Origin: Candidatus Poribacteria bacterium
Lineage (GTDB): Bacteria; Poribacteria; WGA-4E; WGA-3G
Reading direction: 5' to 3'
Assembly: GCA_965198235.1 (NCBI GenBank)
Contig: OZ240248.1
Span: 1,344,001 to 1,408,000, forward strand
DNA length: 64,000 nt
The stretch's first letter is position 1. Every line of letters starts with the position of its first letter. Positions 1 to 10,614 of the stretch are shown piece by piece. The notes under the pieces are model-generated. The model was given only the letters and a program-made list of their open reading frames with translations. It ran no database searches and was not told where the DNA came from. A program made the translations under genes and the position numbers.

Positions 1-774
1 CGTCTTATCTGAGCATCCGAAAGCGACGCGACTTGCGTCTGGTGAGAAAGAGAGCCCGTACACAGTATCATAACTCGAACGCATCGCTTTGATGAGTGTG
101 TTCGTTGCCGTATCCCATAGCTGCACTTCGCCAAATTGCGCAGGAGATCCGCCTGCCATACCTAAGATCTTTCCATCTGACGTATACATCAGCGATTCTA
201 TGCGATGTGCTTTGCCTGCCAATCTTGCTTTGAGTTCAAAATTCGTTGTGGCATACAACAAAATTTCGCGAAATCCGGACACCGCAAGTGTGCTACCATC
301 AGGCGAGTATGCCAGAGCAGTAACCACGGGAGGCACTACGTAGGTCGGATAGTTGCCTTCATCCATATCGTCGACTTCGGCGGGTGTGTCGTCATGCGCA
401 CCTTCAAGAATCCAACGCCGAAACAGTTCGACCTCTTCAGCGGAGAGCGGTTCTTGGTTCTGGGGCATTGCCGGTTCATCGCCGGAGATGAGTTCAATCA
501 TGAGACTTTCATCCGGTTGCCCGGGGACAATTGCATCGCCTGCCATTCCACCCCGTTTGAGATCTGCGTAGGTTGTCACAATCAGATCACCGTTCGGATC
601 GCCGGGGTGATGGCATCCTTGACAACTCCGTTTGAGGATCGGAACAATCTCGGAATAGTAACTGACTGTTGAATCTGTAGCGTGCTGGTCTGCTGTTACA
701 TACGGGCTCAACGCTACAAAACAGAGCAGATACACCCCTAAATGAATCATAAACCTTGATCGTGGTACTTTCAT
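1..774 (-). CDS. Planctomycete-type cytochrome c domain + WD40-repeat protein (runs off the left edge)
   Basis: Manual translation from ATG at 774 (not in ORF track): signal-like N-terminus MKVPRSRFMIHLGVYLLCFVAL, then YYSEIVPILKRSCQGCHHPG (CxxCH heme motif), PGQPDESLMIELI..MP..LFRRWILEGA, then WD40-like VTALAYSPDGSTLAVSG / GEVQLWD / VYGLSFSPD. Confidence 0.85.
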   Translation of the reverse strand, partial: MKVPRSRFMIHLGVYLLCFVALSPYVTADQHATDSTVSYYSEIVPILKRSCQGCHHPGDPNGDLIVTTYADLKRGGMAGDAIVPGQPDESLMIELISGDEPAMPQNQEPLSAEEVELFRRWILEGAHDDTPAEVDDMDEGNYPTYVVPPVVTALAYSPDGSTLAVSGFREILLYATTNFELKARLAGKAHRIESLMYTSDGKILGMAGGSPAQFGEVQLWDTATNTLIKAMRSSYDTVYGLSFSPDASRVAFGCSDKT

Positions 775-857
775 GTTTTTTGAAAAATCCTCCCTCTCAT
801 TACACCACTTTGGTAAGCTGCACCAAAAATGTCGCAGTTGACATACTTTACTTAATA

Positions 858-887
858 ATTATATCATAATTTTATAACGAAATTCAA
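858..887 (-). promoter_or_regulatory. Putative sigma70 promoter for the cytochrome c/WD40 gene
   Basis: Minus strand TTGAAT-18 nt-TATAAT with extended -10 TGn. Confidence 0.5.
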
Positions 888-915
888 GAAAAAATTTTGT
901 GCCGAACATTTCGCA

Positions 916-944
916 TTGACATCTGTCACACAATACGATATACT
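916..944 (+). promoter_or_regulatory. Putative sigma70 promoter
   Basis: TTGACA-17 nt-TATACT upstream of the yceI-like gene. Confidence 0.6.
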
Positions 945-1084
945 TCTTTTGCCTAATACAACTAAAGTTTGGACAATTTGTGTCGGTTAGCCATTGCGTT
1001 TTTCAGTATCTTCGTATTTTTCTACGAGTTTGGTGTTTCGACGTAACGTGGAAAAAACCTATTTACATTCGACTCGCGTTAGTA

Positions 1085-1280
1085 TAAACATAGCACTCCG
1101 CTGGAGTGCGTTTGCATCTGTATCCTTTTTCTATAGACATATCACCCCTACGGGGTGGGGCTTCCCATATTCAGTGGGTCTCGCCAATACAGATGTTGCT
1201 TCTCTTTGCTCCAGCGGAGCAATATGTCTATAGTCCAGAAGTGTCGCAAGTCCCGCACTCCAGCGGAGTGCTATGTCTGA
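1085..1280. repeat. Inverted pair of hairpin repeats related to the MITE interior
   Basis: catagcactccgctggagtgc ... gcactccagcggagtgctatgtct; also atcacccctacggggtg; the same units recur at 11.8, 19.0, 29.7, 33.8 and 59.1 kb. Confidence 0.65.
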
Positions 1281-1363
1281 AAAATTGTCCAAAGCTTAGT
1301 AATACAAGGCAACACACTCTTAATAAAATTTAACTATTGAATGGATTAAGGAGATTTTTCTTA

Positions 1364-1984
1364 ATGAAAACAGGCTTAAGACGCTCCCAACAGATTTCCT
1401 ATATTGGTATTGGAGGTCTCGTTTTAGCGTTACTCATCATCGGCTTCACTGGAAGCATACAACTCGCAGATGCAGCAGATACATACGAAATTGACACAGC
1501 GCATTCAATGATACTTTTTCGTGCAAAACATAATGGGATTAGCTACAATTACGGCAGATTTAATGAGTTCACCGGTAAGATCACAATGGACGCCGATGTG
1601 TCCAAGAGCACAGTGGCGTTTGAGGTCAAGACAGCGAGCGTTGATACTGCTAACAAGAAACGCGACCAACATCTCAGAAGTTCCGACTTCTTCAGTGCAA
1701 AGCAATTTCCCGTCATTACCTTCAAAAGCACGAAGGTGAGTATGAAGGAAGCGGAAGAAGACATATTGGAAGTCACAGGCGACTTTGAGTTGCTCGGTGT
1801 TAAGAAATCTATCACCGTGGATGTCAAGATTACTGGGAGAGGTAAAGGAAGAGGCGGAGAGTCCCTGATCGGATTTGAGAGCGTCTTTACGGTTAAGAGG
1901 AGCGACTTCGGCATGACTTATGGCGCCGGAACTGTCAGCGATGATATTCGCCTTACTGTTAGTATTGAAGCAAAGGGAGAATAA
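1364..1984 (+). CDS. YceI family (polyisoprenoid-binding) secreted protein
   Basis: YEIDTAHS..GRFNEFTGKI..SVDTANKKRDQHLRSSDFF..FPVITFKS; AAGGAG RBS before ATG 1364. Confidence 0.9.
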   Translation: MKTGLRRSQQISYIGIGGLVLALLIIGFTGSIQLADAADTYEIDTAHSMILFRAKHNGISYNYGRFNEFTGKITMDADVSKSTVAFEVKTASVDTANKKRDQHLRSSDFFSAKQFPVITFKSTKVSMKEAEEDILEVTGDFELLGVKKSITVDVKITGRGKGRGGESLIGFESVFTVKRSDFGMTYGAGTVSDDIRLTVSIEAKGE

Positions 1985-2062
1985 AAATATCCACCCCGAT
2001 TTCCTGTGGGTGCGCTCTGCGAGACCGTTACCTCCAAAAGATGCACAAATGGACCCTCAGCG

Positions 2063-2974
2063 ATGTTAACACTCAAGCAACTTTTCCTCGGTTTATTTTT
2101 GCCGGCTGTTGTTAGCGGTGGGGTTCTTATATTCGCGAGATCTCTCTCTTCCAAACAGGACCCAATTAACACTGCGAAGAGGGAAAATGGATCTTCAGAT
2201 TGGCTCATCGCTGTTGCACTCAGTGTTGGCTACATCGTTGGTTATCTTGGTTTGGAAGGTTTACCGTCGTTTCCGCCGCGTTTGGGAGCGCATTGGCTCT
2301 GCTATCTCGCTATTATCGGACTAATCGTTGGGGGGTTTTGGAATTTTTCGGTTTGGGGACGTTTGATAGCACGGGTGGCACTTGCTGTGATTATACCGCG
2401 CCTTCTCCTAACTCCAACGTTTAAACATACGTGGGGACAGTTTGAAGGGATTATCTGGTGGGTGTGCCTCGCCGCTATGATTTTTATTTTTTGGAACCTC
2501 GTGCAACAGAGTTTTACGACCCTGATATCTGGTGCTTCTGTTCCGTTTGTCTATTTCGGGCTTTCCGGGGGGACTGCCCTCATCCTTGCGCTCTCCGGGG
2601 CTTTGCGGTTGGCACAACACGGTGGCATTCTCGTAGCACTTTTCGCTGTGAGTTGGGTGATCGCACTCGTTTCACAGCGACGTTCCGACAGCAATCAGCA
2701 CATCTTTCCACCCAGCGCATCACCCGTCGTGACGCTCCTACTTGCCGGCATCTGGATGAACGGCTATTTTTTTGAAGAAGTCCCGATGGCGAGTGCTATT
2801 CTGTTATTAATTTCACTGCTCTTTGTACATGTCGGGCGGATAGAGGTAATTCAGAGACTCGGTACGCGGCGTTCTGCCCTTGTCCAGATAGCAGCGGTTG
2901 CGTTACCAGTTGTTATCGCAATCGGTGTTGCTATCGCGCGCTCTGGTCTTTTTGGTGATAGCAGCGGCTATTAA
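2063..2974 (+). CDS. Multi-pass membrane protein, unknown function
   Basis: Long ORF with about 10 hydrophobic segments; start uncertain. Confidence 0.7.
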   Translation: MLTLKQLFLGLFLPAVVSGGVLIFARSLSSKQDPINTAKRENGSSDWLIAVALSVGYIVGYLGLEGLPSFPPRLGAHWLCYLAIIGLIVGGFWNFSVWGRLIARVALAVIIPRLLLTPTFKHTWGQFEGIIWWVCLAAMIFIFWNLVQQSFTTLISGASVPFVYFGLSGGTALILALSGALRLAQHGGILVALFAVSWVIALVSQRRSDSNQHIFPPSASPVVTLLLAGIWMNGYFFEEVPMASAILLLISLLFVHVGRIEVIQRLGTRRSALVQIAAVALPVVIAIGVAIARSGLFGDSSGY

Positions 2975-3550
2975 TTAATGTGAACAAAAGGCTGGAGGAG
3001 TCTGTCTAAATACCTAATGTGAGTTTGACTTAATAGGTTTCCTGCAGCGGCACGAACGACTTATGAAGTCTGCACCGTTTTGGACAGTTGCGTGTAGCGT
3101 CTGCCCCATTTTGTGCAAGTCTTTCTGAACATTTCGCTGAGAATCCCATTAGTGCCGTATTGTTCAGACTGGCACGAAATTTGCTGCAATTGGTATGAAT
3201 TTATAGTGAATTCTATAAATAAGTAGACACTTCAGTAAGTTGTAGACCCCAAACGCGTCCACCACCGCTGGCGAGGTGTTTTTGATAGGGGTTTTTGATA
3301 GGGTATTTCTGCGGATTTCCCCTAGTAACCTCGCCTCTTTAGAGCGTCCAAGTAATTGTAGGTTTTACTATAATCTAAGAATTTAGAGGAAGCCTATAGG
3401 ACAAGATCCATGTGTTTCTGCGGATCTGCGTATGTCCAGTTTAGGTTAGTAAGTCGGAGGACGCGCAGAAAAAGGACCCATTTTGCATGCGACAAAAAAT
3501 TCAAGTCATCTCCTCGGCTTGCACAAAAGAACAAACGACTGGAGGTAAAA

Positions 3551-6500
3551 ATGAGTTTGATACGTAGTCTGACCCGTTTTGGCGTGTTTTATAAGTCAAA
3601 ACTTGCTAATAAAAGTCTTGTCATGGCACTTCTATTTGGCATCTTGTTCCTTTTTAACGGTTGTGTCAAGATGGAGGCGACCCGGAAAGCGGATTGGGAG
3701 ACACATTTCACTGATCTGCACTTCGTCAATCATAAACAGGGCTGGATTGTTGGGCAGCAAGGGGTAATCATCCATACAACAGATCGCGGAGAGACGTGGA
3801 AGCAACAAGAAGTTGATACAACAAGCCCAGGATTTCGTCTTCCTGATGCCTCCTTGGACTTCAAGGCGGTCTATTTTACCAACGAGAACTACGGATGGGC
3901 AGTCGGCGATGAAGGGTTAGTTGCAGCTACCGACGATGGGGGTAAACACTGGACACTGCAAAAAAGCGGCACTTCCGCAATGCTCCTTGATGTCTTTTTT
4001 GCCAATTCAAAAGAAGGCTGGATTGTTGGGGAAGGTTCGGATGTCCTCTATACCGAGAACGGCGGAAAAGAGTGGAAACGTTACGAATACGTCAGCGACT
4101 TTATGCTCAACGGGGTCTGGTTCGTTAACGATTCAACAGGGTGGGTTGTCGGCACTCACGATAGAATTCTTCATACCAAAACCGGGGGCGAATCGTGGCG
4201 AGAGCAGAGCAATCGATTTGCGGGTGAGCGCGACAGGATGATCAACGACAATAAACAGGTCTTCTTCGTCAGCGATAATGAAGGTTGGATTGTCGGCAGT
4301 GACGGCTCTATCTTTCATACGAACACAGCCGGTGTAAACTGGGAACGCCAAGATAGCCGCATCCCACTGATTAATGGACACGTCCGAGATACCATCAATA
4401 GTATCCATTTCACTGATGAAAACTACGGGGTCGCTGTAGCAGATGTCGGATTTATTACCCGGACCGAAGACGGTGGCGACAACTGGCAATTGATGGAGAG
4501 CGGGACCGAAAACAATTTGACGGGGATCCATTTCACCACACCTAACGAGGCGTGGGCGGTCGGATGGTACGGCACTATTTTGCACACGACGGATGCAGGT
4601 GCGACATGGGAGATGACCAGTGGAACGACTGCGAATGACCTGCAGAACGTCCAGTTTGCCGATGCCAATCGGGCCGTCGCTGTCGGTAAGCGTGGCACCA
4701 TGGCGGTGAGCAATGATGGCGGACAAACTTGGAACGAAATTGAAACTGATATCTGGGACGGCATCTGGAATATCTATTTCGCAACTGACAAGCACGGCTG
4801 GGCAGTCGGTGATCGCGGTCTTATTGTCCATACCAATGATGGCGGTGCGAGTTGGGAACATCAGCGCGGTCCTTCCGCATTTGCACTCCGTTCTGTCCAC
4901 TTTGTGAGTCCTAAAGTCGGCTGGATCGTCGGAGATATCGGTAGTATCCTACACACAATTGACGGCGGGCAAACTTGGCTGCCGCAAACCGCAACGGGCG
5001 ATTTTCTTTCTTTGATGCTAAAGGGTGTATTTTTTCTTGACGAAAAGAAGGGATGGGCTATCGGATGGCCCGGTGTTTGCCTCACGACAGAAGACGGGGG
5101 TTTGACATGGAACCAGCAGACTACCGGCACCTTCAATGAACTCTATGCCGTTTACTTCGCAGATGAAAACACAGGGTGGATTATCGGACAGTTTGGAGAG
5201 ATTTTACATACCAAAAACGGTGGAAATAGATGGAACTTTCAACGCAGCGGCACGCAAGAAAATCTCAATAAGCTTTATTTTGCTGACGCACAGCACGGAT
5301 TGATCGTCGGTGATAACGGGGTGATGCTCACGACCGTCAACGGTGGCGCAAAATGGGAAATTCAAGAAAGCGGCACCGACAACGACCTGTACGGACTGGC
5401 TCTCTCGCCTGATGGTGTCGTCGCTGTCGGTAAAGGCGGGATTGCGATGCGTTATTCCGTTGAAGAAGCGGAATTGCCAGCGAAATTACCGCCTGTCGCT
5501 GAAGAAGTAGAGATTGTTACGGCTGAAGAGGAAACTCCTGTTGAGCCTGTTGCCTACCAGTGGGACATTATCCGTCAGGCAACTTGGCGAACGAACTTCA
5601 CCGATACGTATTTCGTAGATGCACAAAACGGATGGGCGGTCGGTTCAGGGGGCGCAATTGCACATACCACAGACGGTGGCAAGACGTGGCTCCCCCAACA
5701 CAGTGGTGTCAGTGAGGATCTGCGCCAAGTCGAATTTTCTGACGAAAAACATGGGCGAATCCTCGGATCTGGTATCTTACTTCAGACCGAAAATGGTGGT
5801 GAAACATGGCAGCCAATTCTTCAAGCAACCAAGCAGAACCTGCCACGTGTTAACACAATGCACTTCCTAAATGCCGAAGAGGGATGGCTTGGTGCAAGGA
5901 TTGGACAGACCTTGCATACGACCGATGGCGGCAAGACATGGAAAATCCAAAAGACCGGAACGACAACGGCAAACATCACCGATCTCCACTTTGTCAATAG
6001 TCAAGAGGGATGGGCAGTCACACCTCAACGTCGGGATGGTGGGTTTATTCTCCAGACCGTTGACGGTGGCGATTATTGGAAAATTCAGGCGAAAACGAAT
6101 CAACCCGGTATTGCTGTCCATTTCGCTGACGAAAATCGCGGTTGGGTAATTCTCGGCAACGGCAACTCTTTGTTGACTGAGGACGGTGGTGAAACATGGA
6201 AATTGCAGACCACGACACGGAGCACACCCGGCTTGCGACGCATCACCTTCCATTCGCATACCAACGCTTGGGGACTCGGTGGTGGTGGTGCTTATGTCAC
6301 CGAGGATCAGGGGTTGACTTGGAAGGCGGTTCCTGTTGATACAGGAGGTGGTGCAGGCGATAACATGTTCGCCATGGAAGAATTCAATCCACTGTTACCC
6401 GAAGAATCCGAAGAACCCGAAGAAGTGGAAGAAAAGGTTTCGGAGGGACCGACGCTAACTTACGACGAGACACCGGAGGAAATTCAAAATCGGTTGCGAG

Positions 6501-7660
6501 CGCAGTGGCAACGTCCAGGACGTTTCGCTCCTGAGGGTGAACTCCCGCCTAACGCCGAGCGGGCGACCCCTCCGACAGCGCAGAGGCAGCAACAACCACC
6601 TCCACCACCAGAACCTGAAGGACGCCGCAGACGCGGGGCACGCCGAATCGCCAACGTATACTTCTTGGATGCAGAGCACGCATGGGCTGTTGGAAGTGGC
6701 GGCAGTATCTACCACACCGCAGACGGGGGCGAGACATGGGAACGTCAGCTCGGTGAACAGCAGCGCAATGACTTCCGAGAGGTCCTCTTCTATGATGACA
6801 AAAACGGTTGGATCGCAGGAGACGGCGGTGTGCTATTGGAAACCCAAGATGGTGGACAGACATGGGAGACACTCCGAAGCCGGACGCGTCAACGTCTCAT
6901 CGGGGTACACTTTGCCAGTCTTGAACCCGAAAAATGGGGGTGGGCAATGCAACGCGACGGAACTGTCCTCTATACGACAGATGGCGTGACTTGGACAGCC
7001 GGAGATACACCTGAGCAACCGCCTTTCATGGAAGGCGATCCACCCGGTACATTCTCGCTGAACGATGTTGAATTCGGTAAGTTTTCTGAAGGCTGGGCAG
7101 TGGGTAGACTCGGATATATCATCCATAACAAAGATGGCGGTCCCACATGGACACCGCAACGCACCACTGCAAACGACACACTTATGGATGTGGATATGAA
7201 ATTCGCACCCCTCGGTTGGGCAGTTGGACAAGGCGGGGTAACCCAACGCACCATCAATGGGGGTGAGTATTGGCGGATGCACGAAACCAAGTCGAATTAC
7301 GATCTCTATGCCGTCTCTTTTATTGCCAAGCGGACAGGATGGGCGGCTGGCGAAGCGGGTATCGTCCTGAAGACGACTGATGGTGGTTTTACGTGGCAAC
7401 CTACGTTGACTGGGGTTACCAAGAACCTACACGGCATCATCGCACTCTCCGAACAGGAGATCTACGCCGTCGGTGAAGAAGGAACGATCGTTCGTTCAAC
7501 CGATGGCGGTGAAACGTGGGAACAGGAGCACACCGATATCGACAACAATCTCTATGTCATCACCCGTTCCAAGGACGGTAAGGCGTTGTGGGTTGTCGGA
7601 CAATGGGGGGTCGTCCTGCGTCGAAAATTAGAGACACCCGTGCGGATGTCAATGCGTTAA
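3551..7660 (+). CDS. Large YCF48/BNR (Asp-box)-repeat beta-propeller lipoprotein
   Basis: More than 20 repeats of 'F.D...GW.VG..G.I..T.DGG.TW'; lipobox-like FNGC; GGAGG RBS before ATG 3551. Confidence 0.9.
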   Translation: MSLIRSLTRFGVFYKSKLANKSLVMALLFGILFLFNGCVKMEATRKADWETHFTDLHFVNHKQGWIVGQQGVIIHTTDRGETWKQQEVDTTSPGFRLPDASLDFKAVYFTNENYGWAVGDEGLVAATDDGGKHWTLQKSGTSAMLLDVFFANSKEGWIVGEGSDVLYTENGGKEWKRYEYVSDFMLNGVWFVNDSTGWVVGTHDRILHTKTGGESWREQSNRFAGERDRMINDNKQVFFVSDNEGWIVGSDGSIFHTNTAGVNWERQDSRIPLINGHVRDTINSIHFTDENYGVAVADVGFITRTEDGGDNWQLMESGTENNLTGIHFTTPNEAWAVGWYGTILHTTDAGATWEMTSGTTANDLQNVQFADANRAVAVGKRGTMAVSNDGGQTWNEIETDIWDGIWNIYFATDKHGWAVGDRGLIVHTNDGGASWEHQRGPSAFALRSVHFVSPKVGWIVGDIGSILHTIDGGQTWLPQTATGDFLSLMLKGVFFLDEKKGWAIGWPGVCLTTEDGGLTWNQQTTGTFNELYAVYFADENTGWIIGQFGEILHTKNGGNRWNFQRSGTQENLNKLYFADAQHGLIVGDNGVMLTTVNGGAKWEIQESGTDNDLYGLALSPDGVVAVGKGGIAMRYSVEEAELPAKLPPVAEEVEIVTAEEETPVEPVAYQWDIIRQATWRTNFTDTYFVDAQNGWAVGSGGAIAHTTDGGKTWLPQHSGVSEDLRQVEFSDEKHGRILGSGILLQTENGGETWQPILQATKQNLPRVNTMHFLNAEEGWLGARIGQTLHTTDGGKTWKIQKTGTTTANITDLHFVNSQEGWAVTPQRRDGGFILQTVDGGDYWKIQAKTNQPGIAVHFADENRGWVILGNGNSLLTEDGGETWKLQTTTRSTPGLRRITFHSHTNAWGLGGGGAYVTEDQGLTWKAVPVDTGGGAGDNMFAMEEFNPLLPEESEEPEEVEEKVSEGPTLTYDETPEEIQNRLRAQWQRPGRFAPEGELPPNAERATPPTAQRQQQPPPPPEPEGRRRRGARRIANVYFLDAEHAWAVGSGGSIYHTADGGETWERQLGEQQRNDFREVLFYDDKNGWIAGDGGVLLETQDGGQTWETLRSRTRQRLIGVHFASLEPEKWGWAMQRDGTVLYTTDGVTWTAGDTPEQPPFMEGDPPGTFSLNDVEFGKFSEGWAVGRLGYIIHNKDGGPTWTPQRTTANDTLMDVDMKFAPLGWAVGQGGVTQRTINGGEYWRMHETKSNYDLYAVSFIAKRTGWAAGEAGIVLKTTDGGFTWQPTLTGVTKNLHGIIALSEQEIYAVGEEGTIVRSTDGGETWEQEHTDIDNNLYVITRSKDGKALWVVGQWGVVLRRKLETPVRMSMR

Positions 7661-7769
7661 TAGGGTGTTTCTGTGGATTTCTGCGGATTTCTTCGGATTT
7701 CTTCAGATCTACGGAGAGGATCGTTATTCATTCAATTCACTTGACCGAACCGCACGGTAAATTAAAAAA

Positions 7770-8750
7770 ATGAAATCAAAATCCAGTAAAGCATTACTTA
7801 TCTCTGTCCTATTGCATCTCGGTGTTGGGGTGCTCGGATTTTTCTTCTGGTTTAGCACCAATCCGCAGCGAAATGCTGATGCTATCAATGCCCTATTTGT
7901 CATCGAAGAAAAGCCGAAGGTCAGACGCGTGACACCTCCGAAACGCACGCAAGTCAGGCACAGAAGAACGCGTGATGTCAGCCAACCGCGACTGAAAATC
8001 CTCACGAGCAATCAACCTGCCAGCACCCGGGGGGTCGTCTCCGCCGCGGAACCCGCACCTTTCCAACCCTTTGACACCAAAGACGTAGGCGAACCTGTAG
8101 GACCCACCGCAACCAATGTCGAGTTTGACAATGCCCCGCGTGTGCAAAGGGTTATCGAACGTCCTTTCAAAAAAGAAAAAAAAGCCAAAACACGTTTCAA
8201 AAGTCGATTAGTGCGGTTCATTGAGGCACAGGAGGGACCGCAGCGCATCGTCTACTGCGTCGATCTGTCTACGAGTATGCAAAACCTCCCACCCCGTAAA
8301 CTCAAAAGAATTATAGATCTCATGCGGAATTCGCTTACCTTCCTTGAGCCACACGATAGCTTCAACGTCGTAGCGTTTAGCACGGAACTCATCGTCTACC
8401 AAGAAGGCTTCATCCCTGTAACAGAGCAAACAGTTGCCGCATCGTCAAACTATCTCGCCGACATCCACTCCCAAATTCACACAAAAGGGACCGATCACGA
8501 TATGCTATCGGCGTTGACCGAAATCGCCAAAACCGCACCTACCATCGTCGTTCTCTTTAGCGACGGCATTCCTACCACGATTGCGGGACCGGATCTTACG
8601 CGCATTGGTGAACACGCCGCAGGCAACGGACACATCTTCGCGATGGGGATTGGAATGGCACCTAATTTTCCGGGTGCTGTGATGTTGAAACGACTCGCTA
8701 CCGTCAGTCAAGGAGATTTGTGGCTCGTTGATAGAGGTAGGGGTAGATAA
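7770..8750 (+). CDS. Membrane-anchored von Willebrand factor A domain protein
   Basis: N-terminal TM (ISVLLH); MIDAS-like DLSTSM, FNVVAFS, VVLFSDG. Confidence 0.85.
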   Translation: MKSKSSKALLISVLLHLGVGVLGFFFWFSTNPQRNADAINALFVIEEKPKVRRVTPPKRTQVRHRRTRDVSQPRLKILTSNQPASTRGVVSAAEPAPFQPFDTKDVGEPVGPTATNVEFDNAPRVQRVIERPFKKEKKAKTRFKSRLVRFIEAQEGPQRIVYCVDLSTSMQNLPPRKLKRIIDLMRNSLTFLEPHDSFNVVAFSTELIVYQEGFIPVTEQTVAASSNYLADIHSQIHTKGTDHDMLSALTEIAKTAPTIVVLFSDGIPTTIAGPDLTRIGEHAAGNGHIFAMGIGMAPNFPGAVMLKRLATVSQGDLWLVDRGRGR

Positions 8751-8905
8751 GGTTTTTTAACTATTCGGTGACCGAGCCGTTTTCGTCTCCGGGGAAGTCC
8801 CTGCCGAGGAACTGAAATCTGCCCTCGTTGCAGGAAAGCCGTTGCCGAAAATGTGGTTTCACGTGATTTAACGAACCTTTTTTTTAACGTTCCATAATTT
8901 CCCGC

Positions 8906-8934
8906 TTGACATCTATCCAAAAATTTGCTAAAAT
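8906..8934 (+). promoter_or_regulatory. Putative sigma70 promoter of the LamG-LamG-FGE cluster
   Basis: TTGACA-17 nt-TAAAAT. Confidence 0.6.
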
Positions 8935-8970
8935 CAACATGAATCAAGACAACACAAGGAGGCGTGACAA

Positions 8971-9756
8971 ATGAAATTGACGATCATCGTAACTGTCTTG
9001 CTCTGTTGCCTGTTCCCGATAGCAACGCCGGCAGAATTGCCCCTTGATGCGCTTGCGATCTATATGTCTTTTGATGACATTCAAGGCAACAAAGTGATAG
9101 ATGGCTCAGAAAACGGAAACGATGGCACGATTATGAAGGCATCCCTTGCGAAAGACAAGGGAAAATACGGCAACGCAATGGAATTCGAAGGCGGAGATAA
9201 CCATGTGCTGATTAAGAGCTCCAAATCGCTCTCGATTGCCGATGAGGTCACAATTTCCGCTTGGGTCAACTGGAACGATGCCCCTGGCAACGGTTGGTTG
9301 ACCGTGATAGCGAACGGAATGCAAGGTGGACCCTGGGAAAACTACGGACTCTTTGTCAACCGTGGGAGTCGCTACTTCTACTTTACGCTCTCTGTCGGTG
9401 GCGAAGGTCAACATAAAGTGATGAATTCTGGGGGCGGTACGACTGAACCTGGAGAGTGGATGCACTGTGTCTGCACCTATGACGGCAAAGATGCCAAAAT
9501 CTATATTGATGGCGATCTGAAAAATGCCGCACCTCATGGAGGCAAATTGGTCGCCGGAGAGCAGGATTTGAGGCTCGGCCACCGAGGGGGCAGCGGCCAC
9601 TGGTATAACGGTTTGCTTGACGAGATCGCAGTATTTTCGGTCGCTTTAGATGAGGATCAGGTTAAAGAAGCGAGTAGCAATATCGAGGAGGCACTTGATG
9701 TTCAGGCGCGTGGAAAACTCGCAACTACTTGGGGTAAAATGAAGGCGGACCCATAG
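8971..9756 (+). CDS. Secreted LamG/concanavalin A-like domain protein
   Basis: Signal peptide; GKYGNAMEF, TISAWV, WMHCVCTYDG, GLLDEIAVF; C-terminal GKLATTWGKMK. Confidence 0.9.
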   Translation: MKLTIIVTVLLCCLFPIATPAELPLDALAIYMSFDDIQGNKVIDGSENGNDGTIMKASLAKDKGKYGNAMEFEGGDNHVLIKSSKSLSIADEVTISAWVNWNDAPGNGWLTVIANGMQGGPWENYGLFVNRGSRYFYFTLSVGGEGQHKVMNSGGGTTEPGEWMHCVCTYDGKDAKIYIDGDLKNAAPHGGKLVAGEQDLRLGHRGGSGHWYNGLLDEIAVFSVALDEDQVKEASSNIEEALDVQARGKLATTWGKMKADP

Positions 9757-9804
9757 GCTAACATCTCAGATGTGCCTTGTCTTTCTTCTATGGAGGCGCA
9801 ACCG

Positions 9805-10581
9805 ATGAAATTACCTATAAGCGCAATTGTCTTGCTCTGTTGCCTGTTACCCACAGCAACACGAGCAGAGTTGCCGATTGATGAACTCGCTCTTTACATG
9901 TCCTTTGATGACATCCAAGGTAACAAAGTTATGGATGGTTCGGAGCATGGGAATCACGGAACAATTATGAAAGCATCCGTCGCGAAAGACAAAGGTAAAT
10001 ACGGCAACGCGATGGAATTCAAAGGCGGGGACAATCACGTCCTGATGAAGAACTCTAAGTCTCTTTCAATATCGGATGAGGTCACAATTTCCGCTTGGGT
10101 GAACTGGAACGATGCGCCTGGAAACGGTTGGTTAACCGTGATGGCAAACGGAACACAAGGTGGACCCTGGGAAAACTACGGTCTCTTTGTCAACCGTGGC
10201 GGTCGCTACTTCTTTTTTACGCTCTCTATAGGTGACGTTGCGGTGATGAATTCTGGCAACGGCTCGACCGAACCTGGAAAATGGACGCACTGTGTCTGTA
10301 CCTATGACGGCAAAGATGCCAAAATCTATGTGGATGGTGATCTGGCAAACACGGCACCTCATGGAGGCAAATTGGTTGCCAGAGATCAGGATTTGAGGCT
10401 CGGCCATCGGTCCGGAAGTGGCCACTGGTACAACGGTTTGCTCGATGAGATTGCAGTGTTTTTGGTCGCTTTAGATGAAGATCAGGTTAAAGAAGCAAGT
10501 AGCAACATTGAGGAGGCACTTGATGTTCAGGCGCGTGGAAAACTCGCAACCGTCTGGGGCAAAGTAAAGGCGGGACAGTAG
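9805..10581 (+). CDS. Secreted LamG domain protein (tandem paralogue)
   Basis: Highly similar to 8971-9756; GGAGG RBS; C-terminal GKLATVWGKVK. Confidence 0.9.
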   Translation: MKLPISAIVLLCCLLPTATRAELPIDELALYMSFDDIQGNKVMDGSEHGNHGTIMKASVAKDKGKYGNAMEFKGGDNHVLMKNSKSLSISDEVTISAWVNWNDAPGNGWLTVMANGTQGGPWENYGLFVNRGGRYFFFTLSIGDVAVMNSGNGSTEPGKWTHCVCTYDGKDAKIYVDGDLANTAPHGGKLVARDQDLRLGHRSGSGHWYNGLLDEIAVFLVALDEDQVKEASSNIEEALDVQARGKLATVWGKVKAGQ

Positions 10582-10614
10582 CCCGGCATCTCAAGGGTTG
10601 TTTGTGTTTCTTGT

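Noticed and set aside
3551-7660. Photosystem II assembly factor implying photosynthesis
   Set aside because: YCF48-like Asp-box repeats are widespread; no photosynthesis genes nearby
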